Under the pieces are notes generated by a model. That model was not told the DNA's origin. It made no database searches and saw only the letters and a list, made by a program, of their open reading frames with translations. Below, piece after piece: positions 16,720-35,769 of a DNA stretch of 55,228 nt. Source of the DNA: Octopus sinensis (taxonomy: Eukaryota); assembly GCF_006345805.1 (NCBI RefSeq), contig NW_021833760.1, positions 1-55,228 on the forward strand, in the 5' to 3' direction. A program made the translations under genes and the position numbers. Each line of letters begins with the position of its first letter. The stretch's first letter is position 1.

Positions 16720-17519
16720 CACACACACACACACATTTAAAGCTATATGAAAAGATTATACAATTTTAACAGTTGAAAAATCAAAGTTGGTGAAATTTAA
16801 GAAAATGTGATTCTGATATAAATATAATACACTCATCTATAGACAACGCGTATATTAAATATATATTATGTGTAACAATGTTAGAGATCTTGATACATTA
16901 AAATGGACAATATTTTTTTTAAAACTAAAAGTGCTAAATTCGAAGAACCTAAGAGATCGTGTTTCTTATTTAAAAATTTCTTCTGAAGAAAATGTATGTA
17001 TGAAATATGAGCTCAACACATACCATATTTAAGAATCTGGATGACAGTCGTGTCTGAAAATACTTGAATTTTATAAATTGAAGAATTTTGTAAATTGAAT
17101 AATTTTGTAGTCCACCTACTATCACCGATATATATCCTGCCAAGGATTCTAGAAAATTGAAACAAAATTACGAGATTAAGAATACATACATACATACGTT
17201 CGCACATACATATACATATATATGTATATAAAAATATACGTGCACGTATGCATAAAGATACATACATATATTTACATATATACAAACATATATATCTATA
17301 TACATATACATGCACACTCACACACACGTATGCATGTAAATACAAATCTTGGAAGAAGTAAAAAAAAATTATTTCGAAAAAGAAAGAAAAAAATTAAATA
17401 ATAAGCAATGACAATCACAAGAATGAACGAAAACAACATAAAAAATATGAAATAAATATAAATGGTAAACAGAAAAATCGGCTACGAGACAAAAACAAAA
17501 ACAACAAACATAACAACAA

Positions 17520-17671
17520 CAATGATGGGGATGATGACGATGATGATGATGATGATGATGATGTTGATGATCATGATGATGATGGTGACGATAACAATGA
17601 TAACGATAACAACAATTGCAAAGACGACAACAACAGTAATAATAATGATGATGATGATAATGATGATGATA

Positions 17672-17744
<73 letters not shown>

Positions 17745-17767
17745 CGACGACGATGATGATGATGATG
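17520..17767. repeat. (GAT)n-rich trinucleotide tract
   Basis: Imperfect GAT/AAT/GAC run. Confidence 0.95.
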
Positions 17768-18059
17768 CAACAAGAAGAAAACATTGCTATTTGGACTAAG
17801 AAAAAATCCGCTATTCTCCTATAACACAAACACCTTGCTAGAACACTCATCTCCAGACCACCACACCTTACGAAACCAAACAAGACCGATCTCCCATACC
17901 ATATCACGTCCAGAGACAGTGGCACCATCTTACTAATAACAACATCACTGAGACAGCAATGACGATGTCGACAACGTCTTGGAAGAATAAAATCAACAAC
18001 GAAAAGAACAATATCACATTGGTAAGAGTATGTGTCTGTGAGTGTATGTATATATGCGT

Positions 18060-22130
<4,071 letters not shown>

Positions 22131-24609
22131 CGACACAAATATACACCCCAACATTTATATCAGTACACAATATACAGACGCAATAAATCGTACCATCCCC
22201 AACGATTTGTAGATGGCACGAGGAAGTGAATTCTCGCCTTGACCATGTTATTTTCTGTGATTCTGCTCCCGTTACTACGACCCACTATTAAGAAATTATG
22301 CTAGTGTGCAAATGGTAGCCTGTTAGCGTCCTCTATAAAGAATTAGACTCTGGCACCGAAACATAACATGGTTCAACCCACTCTACATCATAAATGTATT
22401 CAGCGATACAGCTAAGAATATACCGTTGCTATTAAGTAAAAATTCAGTGTTATTTGTGTTAAGGTGAGTTATAGCTGCCTATACAATGTTTCCAGATTTC
22501 AAATCAAAATCTAATACAAACATGCAGCCATTTACCTCTACTAAAGAGGCAAGAGACACGGCCACTATGTTTCGTGAGTTTTTCAGTTCTACTGTCATTT
22601 AATTTTCGAATATATTCAGAATGAGACAGAGAGAGAAAGAGGAAGAATTAATTCTATTTCTTAACCGAAATTAATGTACATTGTGGATGTATCTAACTTA
22701 AAAGGTATTCTGCATAAGCTCCGTATATTTTCTTGCAGTGAGTACGTTACTCACCTTGTAAAGTATAGAATTATACACATGACCTCTTGCATTGCACGCA
22801 GCTCTCGGGCAGAAATAAAAAAGGCTGAATCAGTTTATAAGGAGGAAAAGAAAGAAATTAGAAGATATGAGAAAGCATACTCATGAAACGCTCCCTAGAT
22901 ATCACAATAATCTATAGGATCGGCTACGAAGAATTTGTAATGACAAGTTTCAAGGAATTGTTTGTGACCGTACTGGACAGCATTGAATGAGTACTGAGAT
23001 CATGGAAATGGTTGAGCTCTTCGATTTGATTTTGAAGCGGAATTTTGATTTCTCATCTCGTCTCCCATACTCGTCATCAATGGACACAATACCAAATACG
23101 TATCTCGCAGTGTCATTGATCGGAGTTTTTCGTCAGTTCTCATTATCACTTGTTGGTAGAAAATTGTTTAAATTTGTATCTCACATGAAGTCTAGTCCAC
23201 CCAGCGTGCATGATCAGTTTAATATGTTTTTACATTAACAACCAAAGATGAACGACTTGTTATATAAATTATTATACCAGTAAGTATCTCATGCAACCTC
23301 AAGTTTGTAATAACCAGACTTTATTGCTGTTATTGTTTAGCCTATGCTCGGCCTTGAACCAGTAAATCTATCATTAAAAGTGATGCAGCTGTAAATATAC
23401 CGCTTTTTTCCCCTCCTAACACTTTATCTAATGTGGACTTGTTTTAATACAATAGCATAATATATGAGGAATATTTTACTGCTATTTCTAGTGGGGCGAT
23501 TGACTCCTTCGGTGGCTCACAATCTATTATGATTGTAAGCGTCGAGTTTAAAACTTGTTTCCTTCGCAGGAGCAACAACGTCTTACAAACCAAATATGTT
23601 ACATAAAGTAACAAAACAAAATATATCATAAAAATACTAATGATTTATCATCGTTCAGTGTTTGCTTAAACCTAACGATATAGTCAACTGCACAGACAAA
23701 CAGTCACACAGATATATGTAAACACTGGAATATACGTTAACGATCTATAAATTCATGTTATGGGAGTACATATATATAGAGAGAGATCGGATGCATACAT
23801 ACACTTACATAAATATATATGAAAGTGCATATATATACGTATATACATATATGTACATATAAACATATATGTACATACACATATATATATAAACATATGT
23901 GTGTATGCTTCATCTTTAGGACTAGAAAATACTCGTGCCCTGATTATTTGTTGACTTTCTACAAATCTCAAGTGTAAGCCACTTATCTCAGAAATTTCTA
24001 TGCTACTCACGTAAATAGTAAATAGCGTAGACACGTCGAAAAGAAACTTATTCAGCTGATTGCTAAATATTCACACAAATCTACTGCAACCTCTGCTTCA
24101 AAGAACCATTTTTTTTTTGTATTTCTTACAGCTTCTATAACTATTTCTCTTACTTATACCACAAAACTTCGTATTGATATCATCTAAGTCAACGCAACAC
24201 GTGTGTCACTTCTCGCATTCTGTCTGTCTGTCTCTCCTCCTCTCTCTCTTTCTTTCTCACACCTAAGCACTGCACTAGACCCCTTTCGAATCACACTCAC
24301 CAACTAGAACTGGCGAAAGCTGGAATTCATTTCACTCACTATATTTTCCCAGACAGGAGTAAATAAGCATTAGTTGAGGAAAAGCGCCAAGAATTTCCCC
24401 ATTATTAAAGAATTTGGAAAGGGCATGGAAACTGCTCCATCATCTGATTAAATAATTTTTTAAGAAGGAGGTGGCATTATTAGAAAATAATGTAAATAAA
24501 GTGTTAAAATCTGAAAGTTAAGTTAACAAGCAATTATATAAAAAAGATAATGCAAATGAAGCTAAAATGATAGTTTTATAATTTGGGTTTTATTGAAGAA
24601 CTCAAAAGA

Positions 24610-25050
24610 GTTGTCTCCCCTTACTCACAACACAGGAACTGAAGAACCAGGACCACAATTACTACTACTTCCTGTCCTGCAAACATGCTGAATTAAACAA
24701 CACAACACAACACATGCTCTTAATCCCTTTGGATCTTAACACCTCAAGGTAATTTTTTCGTAAACAACCATAAAACGCAAGATACACAACGAACTCACAA
24801 TGTATCGGAGAACTTATTTTTTAATTTTTGTACATTTTTATCATTATTCTTTTACAAAAAACAATGCAATTTTCTTTTTTTCCCCTTTCTAATTTTTAAA
24901 AAAACTTCTTAAAACCTAAATATTCTTGACAAGTCATACAATGACGAAAACCGGTTGAATAAATATACATTTATATATTTTATCATTTTCTCATTTTATT
25001 AAAATTTTCTTTCATTTGAGCATTCTGCATTTTAAAAAAAATTTTCCTTA
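24610..25050 (+). mobile_element. Probable PLE 3' remnant with hammerhead-like motif
   Basis: TATTC-TTGACAA-GTCAT-ACA-ATGAC-GAAA-ACCGGTT-GAATA at 24921-24961; ends at (TA)n. Confidence 0.5.
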
Positions 25051-25090
<40 letters not shown>

Positions 25091-26020
25091 ACCACGTAGC
25101 AGAGGAAACAGTACAGTTTCGTCAAGTAATCGGCGGCCTCTTGAGTTTTTGAGCTTAGTGATCTATGCGGGATATGTTCTATCAACAACTGTACTTCAGT
25201 ACAGTATTTAAGTATTTTTATATAGCAATTGGACATTCTCAAACTAAGAGGAACTATTAGATGAAAAACAGTTTAAATTTTCTCAAGCAGTTTAAAGTAT
25301 TTAAAAAATAAGGACACTGACACTACGATAGTTTATAATGACGTCACCTAACAGCGAAGTGTAACTAATACAGAATGTCGATTTTGGTAACAGAAGAGTT
25401 GACAAAGCAGAATATCAATATTGATATGCAAATTCAGTGATGACATCGATATCAGTGAATAAAATAAGTGTAAGTTATTTTAAGGCAGGAAATATTGAAT
25501 ATGTAAAATACATTTGAAAATTACGAGTATTAAACATAAACCGTAACCACCTCTAAATCTAACGTACAAAGTGTCTAGCTCTTAAACAAATGAGAAAGAT
25601 CGTGAAGTAAAGGTAGGTATTAAAAAAAGAAAGAAAAAGGATTTCGACTGATTTGTTAATCAGAACAAAACTGAAAACACTCTTTAAATATACAATTTTA
25701 GCTTTCAGGTCCACGACATTGCGTGAATGGGAATAAATGGGGGGAAAATAAAGCACAAAAAACCCCCACAAAAACAAAGAAAAAACACCAACAAAAATCA
25801 ATAACAAAAGAGAAAGAAAATTGTTTAAATCTGAAAGACGATACTTGTTACAAAGTGCTATGTTCGTTGAATAGCATTCGTGTTGAGTGTCAGACAAGTC
25901 AAGTGTTACTTAAAGTTTTATTCTACATCCTTCCAAACATGCACACATACATACACGTGTGTGTGTATCTCTCTCTCACACATACAATCACACACACATA
26001 AATGTGTATGTATAAATATA

Positions 26021-26103
<83 letters not shown>

Positions 26104-26117
26104 TATATATAAATATA

Positions 26118-26149
<32 letters not shown>

Positions 26150-26887
26150 AACGCATGCACACACACGCATGTATACATGTATGTATGCATGCATGTATCT
26201 ATATATATATATCAGGCATTATATACTTCACGATATTGTATATTTTACACGTTGTACACCTCCATTGACTATTACACATACATCAAATACGTCAAATTTT
26301 GTGATATATACGTGAGTGTGTGAGTATGTGTGTATATACACATACGAATATGAAGTGTTACCATTTGTTGAACATGTTAAAGGATTGAGATGACAGTATA
26401 CTTTCAGGTACTCTGTATATCCGTCTGTCTGCCTGTCCGTCTAGTTATCAATCAATCTATATTTATCTGTGTGTTTATATTATTTTGTTATTGGTATATA
26501 GATTCTCACAAGAGTTTGTGTTTTACTTATACACATTCATATACACACACACACATACACATGCTTACGTACGGACATGCAGATGCACATACGCACACAC
26601 GCTACATATATGAGTATGTCTGTGTTTGTTGTGCTGTGTGCGCATGCGTATGCATACCTATTCGAAGAATACTGAATAATAGAGATTTATTTTTTTGAAG
26701 CTAAGGCTGCAGCCCATTGTTGCTCTCAGATAGAGTATTCCAAGTAACTGCAGATGAAACTTATTCGATGACAGTTTCAGAAGTTTTCATACTTAAAACA
26801 TGCATATATTCATCCATATATTTATATTCACAAGACGAATTAATAAACGCACACGCACACACACATACACACACTCGCACACGTACA

Positions 26888-26983
<96 letters not shown>

Positions 26984-27176
26984 AATCAGAGCTTCACTTA
27001 ACAGTTCATCAGGCAATTGTGATCATATCATAGTCCTCTTATGAACGATTACGTGAAACTCTGAGAAACATTTCATTCTAACTTTGGTTGTTGAATACTA
27101 TTTTCCCACCTTGCTTTGCACCTAGGTACTTACTAGTGTGTGTGTGTGAATGTGAGTTTGTGTACGTATGTATATG

Positions 27177-27242
<66 letters not shown>

Positions 27243-27316
27243 TATGTATGTGTGTGTGTGAACATATATATACATATACATACACGCATACATATATACA
27301 CACACACATGCATATA

Positions 27317-28075
27317 CGTAGTCTGATCAATAAGTATCCGGACTGTTGTCATAACGAAGCTAAAGCACGCAGAGTAAAGCCGCTTGGTAAATATTGACCT
27401 TGATCTCTGTTGTGCTTGCACATTTAGTTTTAACGTTCTAGCCCACTTTCACTGTTTACAGCAGTGCTGTAGTGAGGGATCATCGCATTGACTATGACAG
27501 AGAAGGTTGAGCAGAGAGATCTGCATCACATTTTGTCAAAAACGTAGCGATACCTGCTCAGAGGCCTCGACACAATCAAGAAAATCTTGTGCAGCTGAAT
27601 TCCGAGTGACTCTTTGGTCAGTTAAAAGCAGTTTTGGCACAAAGTTGGCAGATACGCGTCTGACATCGAAATCTTCAGTGATAATGAACTGAACTAGTCT
27701 GCACATCCTCTGAATCGACGATTTCCCCTCACAGCTGCACGCACATGCGATGTTTTTTCAGTTCTGCTGGTCATTCGTCATTATCGATATTTTTTCGACC
27801 ATTTTGGAAATGTCTGAACCTCTTGTACACTTGTGTGTGGCTCATACACTCCTCTCCATACACTTGCGTAGGCCTCTAAGCAGGTATCGCCATGACAACT
27901 TTCTCTGTCATGGTTAATGCGACGATCACACGCGACACATCTTCCTTCCAAGCAGTGCTGTAAACAGCGTAAGTGAGCTAGAACGTTAAAACTTAGTGCG
28001 CATGCACAGCAAGGTTCAAGGTCAATCTTTGCCAAATGATTTCGCTCCGCTTGCTTTAGCTTCGTTACTATGGCA
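27317..28075. mobile_element. Foldback made of two inverted mariner 5' ends
   Basis: TA then TIR-like CGTAGTCTGATCAATAAGTATCCGGACTG; MTEKVEQR..ICI.FCQK start on plus; homologous leader and N-terminus (to FVPKLL) on minus at 27575-28075. Confidence 0.8.
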
Positions 28076-28502
28076 CTATGGCAACATATTGATGTGAATA
28101 TTGATGTGAACGTCATGTTTATTATTTCCGAAGACATATAATTTAGAATTTAATTACACTTGATGCCTCTTCATTCTTATCTACAGAAGGAATAATTTAA
28201 GATTTTACAAATATACATTAGCTATGCAAACATATATACAAAAATATGTACATATTTGTAATGTGTTTGCTTGTCAGGACGTGTTTGCGTTAGTATGTGT
28301 GAGCATTGTAAATTCCGTAGTGTGTGCTTTTTGAAAAGTGTACCGTAAATCTTCAAATATTTGAATATACTGAATCTAAGCAAGGATGTTTTTTGTCTAA
28401 TGCATACACAATACAAAGATACATGTATATTGGTTTCAAATATTGGCACAAGGCCAGCAATTTTGGCGGAGAGAGAGATATGAATATTGGAAACAGTCTT
28501 TA

Positions 28503-28778
28503 TTCTCTTATTCTTTTATTTGTTTCGGTCATTTGACTGCAGCTATGCTGGAGCACCACCTTTAGTAGAGCAAATCGACCTAAGGACTTATTCTTTGTAA
28601 GCTTAGTACTTATTCTATCGGTCTCTTTTGCCAGACCGCTAAGTTACGGGGACGAAAACACACCAGCATCGGTTGTCAAGCGATGCTGGGGGGACTAACA
28701 ATGTCACACAAACATACATACATACATACATACATACTACATACATACATACATGCATGCATACATATATATATACAT

Positions 28779-28812
<34 letters not shown>

Positions 28813-29005
28813 ATATATATATATATTATATATATATATATATAAGGGGCTTTTTTCAGTTTCCGTCTACCAAATCCACTCAGAAGGCTCTAGTTGGCCC
28901 GAGACCATAGTAGAGAACACTTGGACAAAGTACCACGCAGTGGGACTGAACCGGGAACCATGTGGCTGGTAAGCAAGCTACTTACCACACAGCCACTCCT
29001 ACGCC
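28503..29005 (-). mobile_element. SINE family A with expanded central microsatellite
   Basis: Colinear with 5774-6176. Confidence 0.9.
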
Positions 29006-29603
29006 TATTATATACCATAATACGTTTCTATCAACATTTTGTGCAACAACGAAAGAAGTATCTCAAAGTTAGAAATAAATAGTTGGTAGTTATGGCAATG
29101 GTGTTAGTGGAAGCGTCGGAAGAGATGTGGGTGTTGTGAAAGGTAAATAGAGAAAGATAAAGATAGAAAGATTGAGAGAAAAAGAGAGACTAGAAATAGT
29201 GGGCCAATGGAGATATAGAGGCAATAGTAAAACAGTCTTTTTTCTCACTTCTCTCTATTTCACTCTTTCAAAGAAAAACAGGCCTTGCATATATACCTGA
29301 CAGAACTGGACTATAAGCACAAGAGAAATGATAAAATCAAATTGTACCAGATTATCTTCCAAAATGCAGTGCATCAAGTACTGATTAACAACCACAAAAT
29401 ATCAGACAGAAGTCTGCTACACTCAGAATCTACATTGTAAGAAATTAAATCAAAAGTAACCAGAAAGATTGGAATGGTGCGGTAACTGTTTAGATTTTGT
29501 ATCACAGTTTAAATCCAAAACAGATGACTGCTTAGGGATATCTATATATAAAAGACAATCTCGTAGCATGCATGCATGTTAATACCTATACATATATACA
29601 TAC

Positions 29604-29693
<90 letters not shown>

Positions 29694-30079
29694 CCACCCA
29701 CACATTTACATATATGTATATATATATATGCATACATATATATATACATATATATATATGTGCATATATATGCATATATACATGCATATATATATATGTA
29801 CGCACGCACGCACACACACACACTCTCTCACACACAATCATTCATTTTCTAATATTAAATTAAAACACTCAAAATCGCTTGGGAATATTTATGGAATCTT
29901 AAATCCCAAAGTATCTTATCTTTTACTTGTTTCAGTCATTAGAATGCGGCCATGCTGGGGCACCGACTTAAATTTTTCGCCGAATAAATCATTCCTAGTA
30001 GTTGATTTTTTAAAGCGCTGGGAGGACAAATACAGACACAAAGACACACATAGATACGTATACGTTTGATCGCTAGCCA

Positions 30080-30222
30080 CTACACATTCTTTATTTTCTA
30101 TCATTATTTGTTTCTGTGTTCCTTTCTTTGGAAAAGCGTAGGCTCGAAATGTTAAACTAATACATCTGTTTGTTGTCTACACCACCCGTCTTCGTCATTT
30201 TTTTTTGTTGAGAATTCACCCT
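30080..30222 (+). mobile_element. PLE terminal-repeat fragment
   Basis: GCGTAGGCTCGAAA..CTAATACATCTGTTTGTT..ACACCACC.GTCTTCGT shared with 52240-52390 (reverse complement). Confidence 0.7.
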
Positions 30223-30230
30223 ATATATAT

Positions 30231-30274
<44 letters not shown>

Positions 30275-31542
30275 CAGGGGTTGGAAAAATACTGGAAACA
30301 CCTTAAGATTTCAAACTAATTTATTTTGATATGGGTAGGACCGCCTTTGGTAGTAGTTACAGCTTGAATTCTACGGGGTATGGACTGGTACAAAGTTTGA
30401 ATTGTTTCCAAAGGAGTTTTTGTCCATTCTTCAGCTAAAACAGCCTCCAGTTCTTATAGAGATGATGATGGGGGATATCGACTCCTCACTTGTTTTTCTA
30501 AAATGCACCATAAATGTTCAATAATATTGGGATCTAAAGACTGTGGTGACCAGATAAGATGTCCATCTTCACTAGAATGTTTCTCGTGCCATTCAGTTAC
30601 GACTTAAGCTGTGTGAATTGGTGCATTATCATCCTGAAAGATTGCGTTTTCTTCCAGAAACAGTTCTGCAACCATAGGATGAACTCAATAAGATAAAATG
30701 CTTAAATAGTCTTGGCTATTAATTCTGCTATGAGGAAAAACCATAGGGCCGGCGAATTTCCAAGATATAGCCCCTCCCCCACAGATGATCACAGATCCCC
30801 CTCCATGTTTGATTGTTTGGAGAAGGCAGTCTGGATCAAATGCTTCTTTTCGCTGTCTACACACGTATCTTCAGCCGGGGTTGGAAATATGGTAAAGGAT
30901 GACTCGTCCGAGAAAATAACATTCTTCCACTGCTCTAGAGACCAATTCTGTAGGTTTTCACTCCACTCTAAACGCTATGTAACGTTTGTTTTTGAAAGTA
31001 GTGGTTTTCTGATAGCAGCCCTCCCGTGAAATCCGGCTTTGTGCAGCTTACGTCGAACAGTTTTTGTGGAAACTGGGTTCTCGAGGTGGTCATTAAGCTC
31101 TGCAGTAATTTTGGGAGATGAACATTTCTGATCCCTTCTAACAATTCGCGTAAGAATCCGACGGTCCCTATCTGAAAGTTTTGGTTTTCTTCCAGAGTTT
31201 TGTTTCGATGAGGAGGTTTTTCCCTCTTTTTCAAAGGCTGTCATTACTTTCGAGACAGTACTTCTTGATACACCAAACATTTCGGCTGTTTTCGTTGCGC
31301 TAGCGCATGCTATACGAGCACCAACAATTTGACCTCTTTGAAAGTCCGATAGATCTGTCATTTTAATGAATTTTAATGACCTTTTTCTTATGTTATCTGA
31401 AAAGAAACACCAATTTTAGCAAAACGTATTAAGCAACACTAAAAAGAATAATAAAAAAATAAATAAGCTTTTGATGGTTTGATAGATATTTCAAAATTAT
31501 GATACTATGATGCTAGGTGTTTCCATTATTTTCTCCAATCCT

Positions 31543-31544
<2 letters not shown>
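30275..31544 (-). mobile_element. Full-length Tc1-like element, defective
   Basis: TIRs CAGGGGTTGGAAAAATACTGGAAACACCT / CAAGGATTGGAGAAAATAATGGAAACACCT inside (TA)n; 1270 bp. Confidence 0.92.
30325..31361 (-). pseudogene. Tc1-family DD34E transposase, disrupted
   Basis: MTDLSDFQRGQIVGAR, GRKPKLSDRDRR, FSDES, FQDDNAPIH, DPNIIEHLW; stop at 30975. Confidence 0.88.
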
Positions 31545-31583
<39 letters not shown>

Positions 31584-34519
31584 ATATGTATGTGTGTATA
31601 TATATATACATATATATAAATACATCAGGATTCTCTCAGTTTCCGTCTACCTATTCCACTCACAAGGATTTGGTTGGCTCAAGACTATAATAGAAGACAG
31701 TTGCTCAAGGTGTCATGCAGTGGGACTGAAACCAGAACATTGTGGTTAGGAAGCAAGCTTCTAACCACACAGTCACATAGACATTAATTTTCTAATTATA
31801 AATTAAAATGCTTTATCACATTCGGAATATATATGGAATAGAAATAATCCAAAGGTATCATCATATAAATATTAATTTTCCAATCAAAATAAAAAAGCCA
31901 ACATCTCTTGGGTAAAATATATGGAATCTTAAATTCAAAGCTATCATCACGCATAAAGATTCATTATCGAATCGTAAATGTAAATGCGACGGCAGTTTCG
32001 GAATATATATGGAACCTTAAATCAAAAATTATTATGACAAAGCACTTATTCCAAATGAATTAAAACGCTCAGCATTATTTTGGAAACTGAATTCCACATG
32101 TATCATCATATAAAGGTTCACTTTATACTCATAGATTAAAACACTTAACATTGCTTCGGAATATACATGGTATATTAATTCCATAGGTATCATGACAAAG
32201 ATATTCATTTCCTTATACTAAATGAAAATACACAACATCACATTCTGAATATATGTGGGCACTTAGATTCAATATATTATCACAAAATAATTTATTCTTT
32301 AATTATAAGTCAATGTGTCGGTTGGAATATTTTTGGAATCATAAATACAAAATATCATCATATAACCATACAATTTTTAGATCCTTAAAAATCTCAACAT
32401 TGCTTTCGAAATATAAATGTAAATTAAATCCAAAAATATCAGCATATAAAGATTCATTTTCTAAATTAAAATATCTTACATTTCTTTCATAATATTATGA
32501 TGTCTTAAATAAAAATGTAACACCGCATACTTATTAATTTTATAATGATAAATTAAAACACTCATCATCTCTTTCAGAATGTAAAAACATCGAACAAGTA
32601 TTTCGGAATATATATGGAGTTTGAAATTCAAAGGTATCATTGCAGGATATTCACTTTCTAATCGTAAATACAAGACATTGCATTCGGGAATATATACGCA
32701 ATATTAAATGCAAAGTTATTATCAAATAAATATTCAACTTCTGATCATAAATGAAAACGCTGAACATCTTCCTTTTTAGGATAGATATAGACATGCATGT
32801 TCAATGAATCATCAGAAAAAAACGCATTCACATTCTAAGCATGAAATAAATCACTCAACATCACTTTTGCAATACATATGGAGTCTGAAATACAAATGCA
32901 TCACCACATAGCTATTCATTTTGTAATCATAAATTAAATCACTGTACATCACTATGGGACATATATGGATTCTTAATTAGAACAGCATGACATTCAACAT
33001 TAATTTTCGTCTCATAAATTATATCATAGGAAATCTTTTCTCAGAATATGTATAAAAGTTTAAATCCAAAACACGTAAACACGTAAATCCAAAATGCGTA
33101 TACATTCATTTTCTAATCACAAAGAAAATATGCAACATCTATTTTAATATGTATATGTTGTCTCAAAGCAAAATGTATCATGACTTCATTTTCTGATCGT
33201 AAATGAAAACAGTCAATATTTCTTTCGGTATATACATGGTATCTTAAATCAAAATGTATCCTCATGGCACCGTACATTTATTAATCAAAATTTACAACAC
33301 TCAGCATCGACTACGGAATATATATCGCAAAATATTTCATTTCCTAAGCAGAAATTAAATACTCAATATCGCCTCTTTCGGGATATATTTCGCATATGAA
33401 ATACAACATACCTTCTCTAAATATTCATTTTCCAGTCATGTTTTAAATCATTCAACATTTCTTTTGAAATGTATATGAACTCTTAAATCCAAACTATCAA
33501 AACATAAACGCTCATTTTGTAATCATAAACTGAAATATGCAAGTCTTTCAGAATCTATATAGGGAATAAAATACAAACGTATCACCTCATCATTATTAAG
33601 TGACAAATCATAAATTTGAACTTACAAGATCACTTTTATAATGCATTTGTAATTTCATAAATAACAATGGAAATATTTTCTAATAAAAGATTTAAATCGC
33701 AACGTCGCTTTTGAAATATCTGTGATTTATCCACCCTAAAGCATCAATAGTTTAATCAGAAATCCAAACATTCATCATCTCTATCAGAATATATATGGAA
33801 TCAAAAATACTAAATATCTTCGTATAAACATTCATTTTCTAAATCTTAACAGCACTTTGGAAATATACATGGAACCTTAAATACAAAATAAGATAAACTT
33901 TCATTTTGTCAGCATAAATATAAACATTTAATCTCCCTATTTATGAAATCTTAAATAGAAAAGTATCAAGATATTGACATGCATTTCTTAATCACAAATG
34001 AAAAGAACCAACATCTGTTCTAGAATGTATATGAAACCTGAAAGCAAAATGTATCAACATATAGTTATTCAGTTTCTAAACTTAAAATAAATCACTCAAC
34101 ATAATTTCTGTTTATATTTGAAATCTTAAATAAAAAGTAATCATCACATTGGCTTTTATTTCCAAATCTGAAATTAAATAACAGAAGACCTGTTATATGG
34201 AATTTAAAATCCAAATTCAGTAATCTTCGGATCATAAATTAAAACATTCTACATCTCTTTAGGAATATATACGGAATTTTAAGTGGAAATGTATCACCAT
34301 AACAACGTATCGTTTTCGGAAAATATATGCGTCTGAAGTATAAAGGTATCACCACAGAACATTAATTTTCTTATCTAATATTAAAACATTGAACGTCCAT
34401 ATATATGAAATCTTAAATCCGAGGATAGCATCACACTATCATCCATTTCCTAATTGCATAAGAATTTATACAACATCGATTTCAGAATATGTATGGTACA
34501 AATAGATTAAGTATCAGCC

Positions 34520-34627
34520 TTAAAAGGAAATAAGTTCTGTGGTCGATTCGTTCGACTAAAAGTATTCAAGCTGTTGCTCCAGCGTGACTGCAATGTAATG
34601 ACTGAAAAGAGTTAAAGATAAAAGATA
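34520..34627 (+). mobile_element. SINE A-like 3' tail inserted in the array
   Basis: AATAAG..GGTCGATTCGTTCGACTAAA..GCTCCAGC..ATGACTGAAA..(AAAGAT). Confidence 0.7.
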
Positions 34628-35769
34628 AAGACCTCTATCGGTATAAATATGGTGTATGAAATTTTACGGTATTATCACAAAACGTTGCTTTTTACTTATA
34701 AATTAAAGCGTTCAGCATCTCTTTCGAAATGCATATGGAATATTAGATTCAAAAGTAAGAACGATTAAATATAAATTTTCTAAACATAAATTTTTACTGT
34801 AGTATCTCTTTTCACATCATAAATGAAAACACTACATAATTTTCGAAGTATATTTAAATCTAAGATAAAAAATATCAACATATTAACATTCATATTATAA
34901 CCATAATTAAAACTCTCCAGCATTTCTTTTAGAATATATATATATAGGGTCTGAAATCAGAATGTACAACAACATAGTTATTCCTTTTGTAATCGTTTTA
35001 TGCATTTACTTTCAAATCCTAAATCTGACTATGCAGCATCTTTTTCGAAATATATGGTATGATCACAAAATCATTCACTTTCTAATCATAAATTAAAATA
35101 CTCAACTCTACTTTGGACCACATATGAAGTATGAAACGCGAATGCATAACCACATACTTTCTGATAATTATATACAACTCTTAATATACCTTGCCGATTA
35201 TATTTGGTATTGTAAATAATATGTATCCTCAAATAGGCATTTATTATCTAATAATAAATTATAATAATCAACAATTGTCTGGTAATATATATGGAATATT
35301 AAACCCAAATGCATGATCATAAACATTTTATTTACTGATCAAGAGTTTAAACACCATTATCGTTTTGGAATATATATGGAATCTTAAGAACAAAGGTTTC
35401 ATAAAAAAATCATTTTCAAGCTATTTATAAATGAAAACTCAGCATCTTGGTCAGAATATATATATATGGAATCATAAATACCAAATATTCTCACATGAAC
35501 AATCATTTTCTCTCCATAAATTCCAACACCTCTTTCTAAAGATATGTGAAGTGTTTAATAAAAAATATCAATACATAAACAATAATTTTCTGATAAAATA
35601 TACAATTTCTACATCTCTTTCGGAATATTATATGGCATCCGAATTCAGCATGAATCATACCATAGTTTTTCCTTATCAAATCATTAATGACAATATGCAG
35701 CATATATTTTGAAATATATTTAGAATCACATATGAGGAGGAATTATCAGATGAACATTTATTTTCAAAT

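Larger units (their letters stand above)
29916..31777 (-). mobile_element. SINE family A split by nested insertions (3' part 29916-30050, 5' part 31626-31777)
   Basis: The two halves match complementary parts of 5774-6176. Confidence 0.75.
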
